The translations under genes and the position numbers were made by a program. A stretch of 52,575 nucleotides of DNA from a bacterium (GTDB lineage: Bacteria; JAMCPX01), in NCBI GenBank assembly GCA_037439545.1, contig JBBIVV010000011.1:9176-61750 (forward strand). Direction: 5' to 3'. Below the pieces are notes generated by a model. It saw only the letters and a program-made list of their open reading frames with translations. It searched no databases and had not been told where the DNA came from. Every line of letters begins with the position of its first letter. Position 1 is the stretch's first letter. Positions 46,557-52,575 of this stretch are shown piece after piece.

Positions 46557-47348
46557 ATGTCTCGCTATAAAGAGCTGTTGAAAAAATTAGATAAAAAGAA
46601 CCTGCCCGAACATATCGCGATTATAATGGATGGAAATGGCAGATGGGCAAAGAAAAGAAATCTCATGCGCCTCAAGGGCCATGAGCAGGGATCGAAGGTC
46701 GTCAAGCATATCGTCGAGACTTCTGCAAAACTCGGCATTAAGGTGCTTTCTCTTTATGCCTTTTCAAAAGAGAATTGGAGCAGGCCAAAAGAGGAGGTTG
46801 ATGCCCTGATGCAGCTGCTGCACCGGTATCTGTTAAATGAGAGTAATAACCTTATCAGTAAGGGTATAAGATTGACTGTTATCGGTGATTTAAACAGCCT
46901 GTCTCCGACATTAAAAGAGCTGATAAAAGATGTGTGCCATCGATCGAAAAACAATACAAAGGCAAGGGTTATAATTGCCCTGAGTTACAGTGGAAGGTAT
47001 GAGATCGTACAGGCGGTAAAGACGGTTGTAAACGATGTTCAGAATCAAGGTCTGAATCCCCGTGATATTAATGAAGAGATGTTCAGCAGATACCTCTTCA
47101 CAAAAGGCATCCCGGATCCTGATCTCCTTATAAGAACGAGCGCAGAGAAAAGAATAAGCAATTTTATGTTATGGCAGATTGCGTATACGGAACTATACAT
47201 TACGAAGACATTATGGCCTGACTTTACAAAGGAAGAATTTGTCAAGGCTATAATTAATTTTCAAAGCAGGGAAAGGCGTTTCGGCAAGACAGGGGAGCAG
47301 ATCGTTCCAAAACAGGATAAATCCCGCGGGTATTCATTGAATGAATAA
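46557..47348 (+). CDS. uppS: Undecaprenyl diphosphate synthase
   Basis: HIAIIMDGNGRWA, FSKENWSRP, YSGR, DLLIRTS.E.RISNFMLWQ, RERRFG. Confidence 0.96.
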   Translation: MSRYKELLKKLDKKNLPEHIAIIMDGNGRWAKKRNLMRLKGHEQGSKVVKHIVETSAKLGIKVLSLYAFSKENWSRPKEEVDALMQLLHRYLLNESNNLISKGIRLTVIGDLNSLSPTLKELIKDVCHRSKNNTKARVIIALSYSGRYEIVQAVKTVVNDVQNQGLNPRDINEEMFSRYLFTKGIPDPDLLIRTSAEKRISNFMLWQIAYTELYITKTLWPDFTKEEFVKAIINFQSRERRFGKTGEQIVPKQDKSRGYSLNE

Positions 47349-48489
47349 TATCGCAGTGTTTGGTTCCACGGGCAGCATAGGGAGAACAACGCTTTCCCTT
47401 GTAGCAGAATATCCCCGGTTATTCAGAGTAAAAGCATTATCAGCAGGAAGAAACATCACGCTGCTCAAAAAACAAATAAGGACGTTTTTACCCGGATATG
47501 TTGCAGTTATAGATGAAAATGACGCAAGAGCACTCCAAAAAGAATTCGCCGGCGTAAAGTTTTTTTCCGGTCCTGAAGGCTTGAATGTCCTGGCACAACT
47601 TGAGAATATTGACCTTGTTATTATGGCTATAGTCGGTCTCGATGCACTGATGCCGTCTTACCTCGCCCTGAAGGCACGCAGGAAGGTGGCACTTGCAAGT
47701 AAGGAGGTCATGGTTGCTGCGGGCAGAATTATAAAAGCCGTCAAAAATGCCGATGACCTTCTTATTCCGGTTGACAGCGAGCACAGCGCTATATATCAAT
47801 TGCTCCGGCATGAGGATAAAAAGGTTCTGAAGCGTGTAATACTTACTGCTTCCGGCGGTCCATTCCTGATGACGCCACTGAAAAAACTAAAGTCCATAAC
47901 ACCTTCCCAGGCGCTCAACCATCCGAAGTGGAAGATGGGACGCAAGATAACGATAGATTCGGCAACGATGATGAACAAAGGGCTCGAGGTGATAGAAGCA
48001 AAGTGGCTTTTCGGCCTGAAACCAGCGCAGATCGACGTCATCGTCCATCCCCAGAGTATCATACACTCAATGGTCGAGTTTCTTGACGGGGCTGTTCTTG
48101 CGCAGATGGGAGTGCCGGACATGAAACTGCCTATTTCCTACGCAATGAACATGAGAAACAGGCTGGACATAGATACGGAGAGGCTCGATTTTACGGAAGT
48201 CGGAGCGCTGAATTTTATTCAGCCTGATTTAAAAAAATTCAGGTGTCTCAGGATTGCCATGGATGTTATGAAGCAGAGTGACGATTCAGCGGTTGTCATG
48301 AATGCGGCAAACGACAGTGCTGTGGACGCATTTCTCAAGAATAGAATCAGGTTCACGGACATTGCGGATATTGTTGAATATGCCGTGAATAGATATTATT
48401 ATAAACCTGTAAACTCCGTTCACGATATAATCGTTATGGACGGAGAAGTAAAAAAATATGTCCAGGAAAGGATAAATAAACTGTGTTAA
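47341..48489 (+). CDS. dxr: 1-deoxy-D-xylulose 5-phosphate reductoisomerase
   Basis: GSTGSIG, PVDSEHSAI, TASGGPF, HPKWKMG.KITIDSATMMNKGLE, HPQSIIHS. Confidence 0.96.
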   Translation: MNNIAVFGSTGSIGRTTLSLVAEYPRLFRVKALSAGRNITLLKKQIRTFLPGYVAVIDENDARALQKEFAGVKFFSGPEGLNVLAQLENIDLVIMAIVGLDALMPSYLALKARRKVALASKEVMVAAGRIIKAVKNADDLLIPVDSEHSAIYQLLRHEDKKVLKRVILTASGGPFLMTPLKKLKSITPSQALNHPKWKMGRKITIDSATMMNKGLEVIEAKWLFGLKPAQIDVIVHPQSIIHSMVEFLDGAVLAQMGVPDMKLPISYAMNMRNRLDIDTERLDFTEVGALNFIQPDLKKFRCLRIAMDVMKQSDDSAVVMNAANDSAVDAFLKNRIRFTDIADIVEYAVNRYYYKPVNSVHDIIVMDGEVKKYVQERINKLC

Positions 48490-49559
48490 GCATAATCTCT
48501 GCGGTAGTTGTAATAGCGATTCTCATATTCGTTCATGAACTGGGACATTTTACGTTTGCGAAATTGTTTCGCGTAAAGGTCCTCGCATTTTCACTTGGCT
48601 TCGGTCCCGCACTCTTGAAGAAAAAGATGGGGGAAACGGAGTACCGGCTCTCGGCACTTCCCCTGGGAGGGTACGTCAAAATGCTCGGAGAGAATGACGA
48701 TAGCGATGAAGAGGTTATCCGGGAAGAAGATAAAGTGCGGAGCTATGCAAACCAGGCAAATTGGAAGAAACTGATCATCCTTATCGCAGGTCCGGTATCA
48801 AACTGGATATTTGCCCTGCTGCTCCTCTGGGTCGTATTCCTGCACGGCGTCCCTTATCTCACGACAAACATCGGTGAGGTCAAAAAAGACAGTCCTGCTT
48901 ATCTTGCCGGCATACAAAAAGGCGACCGGATCATAAAGATTGACGGCACGGATGTCAAAGAATGGGATGAGATGAAAAAGATCATAGTTGCGAACGATGA
49001 CAAAGAACTTTCACTCACTATCCAGCGGGACAATAAGCCGTTTATCGTAAAAGTCAAACCTGTTATTACGTCAGAAAAGGATGTGTTCGGTGAGCCTGTC
49101 CGTGTGCCCATCATCGGTGTAACGCCTTCCGGAGATATCGGCATGACAAAAAACAACCCTGTTCATTCGTTCGTGTTGGCAGCACAGGAATCGTGGAGCA
49201 TATCGTCGCTTGTCGTGGTATCGCTCGTAAAGCTCGTGGAGGGAAGGATCCCTGCAAAAGACCTTGGCGGTCCCATCCTGATTGCACAACAGGCGGCGCA
49301 TCAGGCAAAGAGAGGCATTATAGCACTTATGTATTTTACTTCTCTGATAGGTATTAACTTCGCACTCCTGAATATCCTGCCTATCCCGGTGCTTGATGGC
49401 GGGAATGTTCTGTTTACAATTATCGAGACTGTCATAAGAAAACCTATAAACAAAAAGGTAAAGCTTGCAATAATGCAGTTCGGAGTTTTGTTTATCATAC
49501 TGCTTACGGTGTTTGTGTTCTACAATGATATAAGCAGGATTCTGACCACTCGCCATTAG
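48483..49559 (+). CDS. rseP: RIP metalloprotease RseP
   Basis: HELGH, LGGYVKM, AGP..N, PDZ domain, NILPIPVLDGG. Confidence 0.95.
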   Translation: MLSIISAVVVIAILIFVHELGHFTFAKLFRVKVLAFSLGFGPALLKKKMGETEYRLSALPLGGYVKMLGENDDSDEEVIREEDKVRSYANQANWKKLIILIAGPVSNWIFALLLLWVVFLHGVPYLTTNIGEVKKDSPAYLAGIQKGDRIIKIDGTDVKEWDEMKKIIVANDDKELSLTIQRDNKPFIVKVKPVITSEKDVFGEPVRVPIIGVTPSGDIGMTKNNPVHSFVLAAQESWSISSLVVVSLVKLVEGRIPAKDLGGPILIAQQAAHQAKRGIIALMYFTSLIGINFALLNILPIPVLDGGNVLFTIIETVIRKPINKKVKLAIMQFGVLFIILLTVFVFYNDISRILTTRH

Positions 49560-50240
49560 ATGCTCAGACTTATCATTGATACCGCACTGGGATACATGGC
49601 TATGGGCATTTCGATGGATGCAGATATCCTTGCGTCAGTCGTTGTAGACAGGCCGGTCACCTTAACGACGCTTGGTACAAAGGTCATGGACTTTTTACTC
49701 AAAACAACTCATCACGAAAAAAATGAATTGGAAGCAATCGTTGTTTCTGCAGGCCCGGGTACATTCACCAGTATGAGGGCCGGCATAAGCTTTGCAAAAG
49801 GCATCGGTATGGGGCTTGAAATACCGCTTGTGCCGGTATCAACCCTGGATGCAATGGCACATACCGTGATGTACAGAGAAGGGAATATCGCGGCCGCAAT
49901 AGACGGGAAGAACAATAATATCTATATCGCCGAATACAAGGTTAAAGGCGATAGTAAGGAGAGGACATCCCCCGATGAGCTGTTCAAGGCCGGAGGAGAT
50001 AACATAAACCGTCCTTATCCTGTGCATTTAATCGGTTTTGAGATCGAAAGATATAAAGATGCCCTGAACGGGCTTTATCCGCAGATTCAAACATGGGACA
50101 GGCTTGAAGCAAGCCGGATGATCGGTGCCCTGCATTCTATTTCTTATAAAGGACTCTACGGCATAAAACCGTGTTCTGCAGTGACATTCACTCCGGTGTA
50201 TCTCAGACAACCGGACATTATAAAAAAGAGCAAAATATAA
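49560..50240 (+). CDS. tsaB: tRNA t6A biosynthesis protein TsaB
   Basis: IDTA, GPGTFTSMRAG, VSTLDAMA, PVYLR. Confidence 0.88.
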   Translation: MLRLIIDTALGYMAMGISMDADILASVVVDRPVTLTTLGTKVMDFLLKTTHHEKNELEAIVVSAGPGTFTSMRAGISFAKGIGMGLEIPLVPVSTLDAMAHTVMYREGNIAAAIDGKNNNIYIAEYKVKGDSKERTSPDELFKAGGDNINRPYPVHLIGFEIERYKDALNGLYPQIQTWDRLEASRMIGALHSISYKGLYGIKPCSAVTFTPVYLRQPDIIKKSKI

Positions 50241-50257
50241 TAGAGAAAGAGGTAGGT

Positions 50258-51178
50258 ATGAAGAAAATACGGCAATTCAAATCACCCGAAGAGATTACGG
50301 CATTGCTCAGGCAGGCAGAATATATATCCAATGAAGATATATCCACTGCAATGTACATAGCAGGTATGTTATCGAAGCCTTTACTCATAGAAGGCCAGCC
50401 CGGGGTCGGAAAGACAGAGCTTGCAAAGGCTTTTTCAAGGGCACTCGGTGCAGAGCTCATACGGCTGCAGTGCTATGAGGGCATCGACGATACGAAGGCA
50501 ATCTATGAATGGGAATATTCAAAACAGTTGCTCTACGCACAGTTATTAAAAGGAAAGATCGACGAGATACTCGAGGGTGCCAAAGACCTCTCGTCGGCAA
50601 TGGATAGATTAAAGCGTTTTAACAGCTCCTTTTTTTCAGAGGAATTTATTATAAAAAGACCGTTGCTCAAGGCGATATCGTCGCCGGAGCCCGTTGTTCT
50701 GCTCATTGACGAAGTGGATAAATCGGAACCGTCGTTCGAGGCGCTGCTGCTCGAGGTGCTGAGCGATTATCAGATCTCTATACCGGAAATAGGGACAATC
50801 GAAGCAAAATCCGTACCTTTTGTGATACTCACCAGCAATAATGCACGTGACCTCTCCGACGAGTTAAGGCGGAGATGCATCTATCTTTACATGAACATGC
50901 CTGACAGCGCCAGACAGATGGAGATCGTTAAAACGAAGCTGAACAAAAGAGTTCCGGAGGACTTCCTTGACATGATCGGTTCTATGCTTTCATTGATCAA
51001 TGCACAGGACCTGAAGCGGCCTCCGAGCCTTTCGGAGATTATCGACTGGTCGGTGTCCATTGCATCCGCAGGCATAGACAAAGACCATGTTTCCCTGTCA
51101 TCCCTCGGCAGTCTGCTGAAAGATGAATCGGATCAGCAGAAGGCGTTCAATGCTTTATGGAAATCAAAGAATCAATAA
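50258..51178 (+). CDS. MoxR-family AAA+ ATPase (CoxD-like)
   Basis: EGQPGVGKTELAK, RLQCYEGID...YEWEY, LLIDEVDK, EVLSDYQISIPEIGT, TSN..R.LSDELRRRC. GAGGT SD before ATG 50258. Confidence 0.9.
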   Translation: MKKIRQFKSPEEITALLRQAEYISNEDISTAMYIAGMLSKPLLIEGQPGVGKTELAKAFSRALGAELIRLQCYEGIDDTKAIYEWEYSKQLLYAQLLKGKIDEILEGAKDLSSAMDRLKRFNSSFFSEEFIIKRPLLKAISSPEPVVLLIDEVDKSEPSFEALLLEVLSDYQISIPEIGTIEAKSVPFVILTSNNARDLSDELRRRCIYLYMNMPDSARQMEIVKTKLNKRVPEDFLDMIGSMLSLINAQDLKRPPSLSEIIDWSVSIASAGIDKDHVSLSSLGSLLKDESDQQKAFNALWKSKNQ

Positions 51179-52539
51179 AGCTTGCCTCTAAGCTCTATAC
51201 CTTCCTTTCAGGACTCGGGATGCCCGTATCTCCCGTTGAGTTTGCGCAAACAACTTTCGTGATAGAACAGTCAAGGCCGGATACCTATGAGGCGTTGAAA
51301 CGCACGATTGTACCTATTATGGCAAAGAACAAAGAACATCAGATACTTTTGCAGCAGATTATGGATTTTTTGCTGAATACCTCCGATGACTGGGACAAGC
51401 TTGGCGAAGCACTCGGTTTTCAACATATTGACCCGCGGATATTAAACCAGACAGCGCCATCCATTGCACGGATGGCTGAATGGGTGAACCATCCCGAGCT
51501 CTTTTACAAGAGGCTTCAGGAGCTTTATTTAGAGCTCTACGACCGCTATGGCGAAAGGATGATGAATTCAGGCTATATGATGCTTTCCGATGCCCTGGAG
51601 CTCGGTAAGCCTGAAAAAGAGCTTATCGCCCTCGGCAAAGCCCTTGAGCTTGCAGGCTGGTGCCCTGAGGACATACAGCGCATAACGTCAACGATAGAGA
51701 ATATGATGACCTTCATAAGGCAGGGCATATCCGGGTTCATCATGAACGCGTCAAAAGTTATTGGTGCCGTGCATACCCTTCATACGAATGAGCCGAAGTC
51801 AGGTGCCAAAGAGTTATGGGACATTCCCCTATCGTTCCTCTCGAGGAAGGACATAGAAACCATAAACCAGATCATCAAGCGTGTTGCACTGCGTCTCAGA
51901 CAAGATATAAAGAGAAGGCAGTACGGTGTCCTTACCAGCGAGGTTTCCGTGAGACGGACTTTGAGGATCAATGCAGGCAGGGACGCCCTTCTGCAGCTTG
52001 GCTACAGTAAGATAAAAAAGCTTGAGTCACCGTTGATAGTGCTCTGCGATATATCAGGCTCCATGCGGAATTATGCAAGGTTCTTCATGCAGTTTATTTC
52101 CATTATAAAAGATACATTTAAAAAGCTGAGGGTATTCGTTTTCGTGTCCGATGTACAGGATGTGACGACCCTGGTCAGGTCAAAACCTGCTGATGAGGTC
52201 ATCGATAAGATATTTGCGGATTATAGAGAAGCAAGGACCTATACCGATTACGGCAATGTATTGAAGCAGTTTACCGGAAAACATCTCGGACTCATGACGT
52301 CAAAGACGAGGCTGCTCGTCATAGGCGACGGAAGGACGAATTATCAGTATCCGGGCGACGAGGAGCTGTCCCTTATAAAAAAGAAGATAAAAGACGTTCT
52401 GTGGTTTACACCGGATGAACAGTTCGGATGGTATACAGGGGACAGCGAAATGAACCTGTATTCCCAATATACGGACGAACTGTTCGTGGTGAGAACACTC
52501 AGGGAACTTACGACCGCCCTCGAAGCACTGATAGCGTAA
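51157..52539 (+). CDS. VWA domain protein (CoxE-like)
   Basis: RRTLR.N, MIDAS CDISGSM, TDYG, IGDGRTNY, WFTP, DSEM..Y. Confidence 0.88.
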   Translation: MEIKESIKLASKLYTFLSGLGMPVSPVEFAQTTFVIEQSRPDTYEALKRTIVPIMAKNKEHQILLQQIMDFLLNTSDDWDKLGEALGFQHIDPRILNQTAPSIARMAEWVNHPELFYKRLQELYLELYDRYGERMMNSGYMMLSDALELGKPEKELIALGKALELAGWCPEDIQRITSTIENMMTFIRQGISGFIMNASKVIGAVHTLHTNEPKSGAKELWDIPLSFLSRKDIETINQIIKRVALRLRQDIKRRQYGVLTSEVSVRRTLRINAGRDALLQLGYSKIKKLESPLIVLCDISGSMRNYARFFMQFISIIKDTFKKLRVFVFVSDVQDVTTLVRSKPADEVIDKIFADYREARTYTDYGNVLKQFTGKHLGLMTSKTRLLVIGDGRTNYQYPGDEELSLIKKKIKDVLWFTPDEQFGWYTGDSEMNLYSQYTDELFVVRTLRELTTALEALIA

Positions 52540-52575
52540 ATTTGCGTTAATTTGTGCTTATTGCTGCTGTTTTTT

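Noticed and set aside
1..52575. CRISPR arrays, tRNA/rRNA genes, transposases, integrases, prophage genes
   Set aside because: None seen. Intergenic gaps are short (at most ~250 bp) and show no repeat-spacer or cloverleaf patterns by eye; tRNAscan and Infernal were not run.

Overview
A gene-dense, mostly core-genome window from a Gram-negative bacterium. Gene content (pilMNOPQ-aroCKB, an SgmX-like TPR protein, a TIGR04551-like barrel, a sigma54 regulator) points to a deltaproteobacterial-type lineage; this is inference. In order, the window holds: (i) a proteostasis/envelope cluster (TPR, htpX, an atypical ClpA/C-like ATPase, a GldAFG-like ABC system, DUF1844, DegP/Q); (ii) rsmD-coaD-aspartate aminotransferase; (iii) an SgmX-like TPR protein, an ExeA-like ATPase and an outer-membrane beta-barrel; (iv) an accessory block at ~18.0-26.5 kb; (v) pdaD-speB, folC-tldD and sufCBD; (vi) a sigma54 response regulator, an Ig lipoprotein, an XRE regulator, pilMNOPQ and aroCKB; (vii) yraN, rsmI, uppS-dxr-rseP-tsaB and a CoxD/CoxE-like MoxR-VWA pair. 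In block (iv), GT2-asnB converges on a unit of an 878-aa lipoprotein, a PqqD/RRE protein, a TolB-like lipoprotein, a lasso-B2-like Cys protease and an NTP_transf_5 nucleotidyltransferase. That unit is the best candidate for an undescribed system: it has lasso-peptide-type maturation parts but no visible precursor, dedicated cyclase, kinase or exporter, and is coupled instead to envelope lipoproteins. Other notable signals are a Clp ATPase with non-canonical pore loops, several apparent leaderless promoters, a TTCGAA operator array and REP-like palindromes. I saw no rRNA, tRNA, CRISPR array or transposase. All family calls come from motif recognition by eye, not from database searches.
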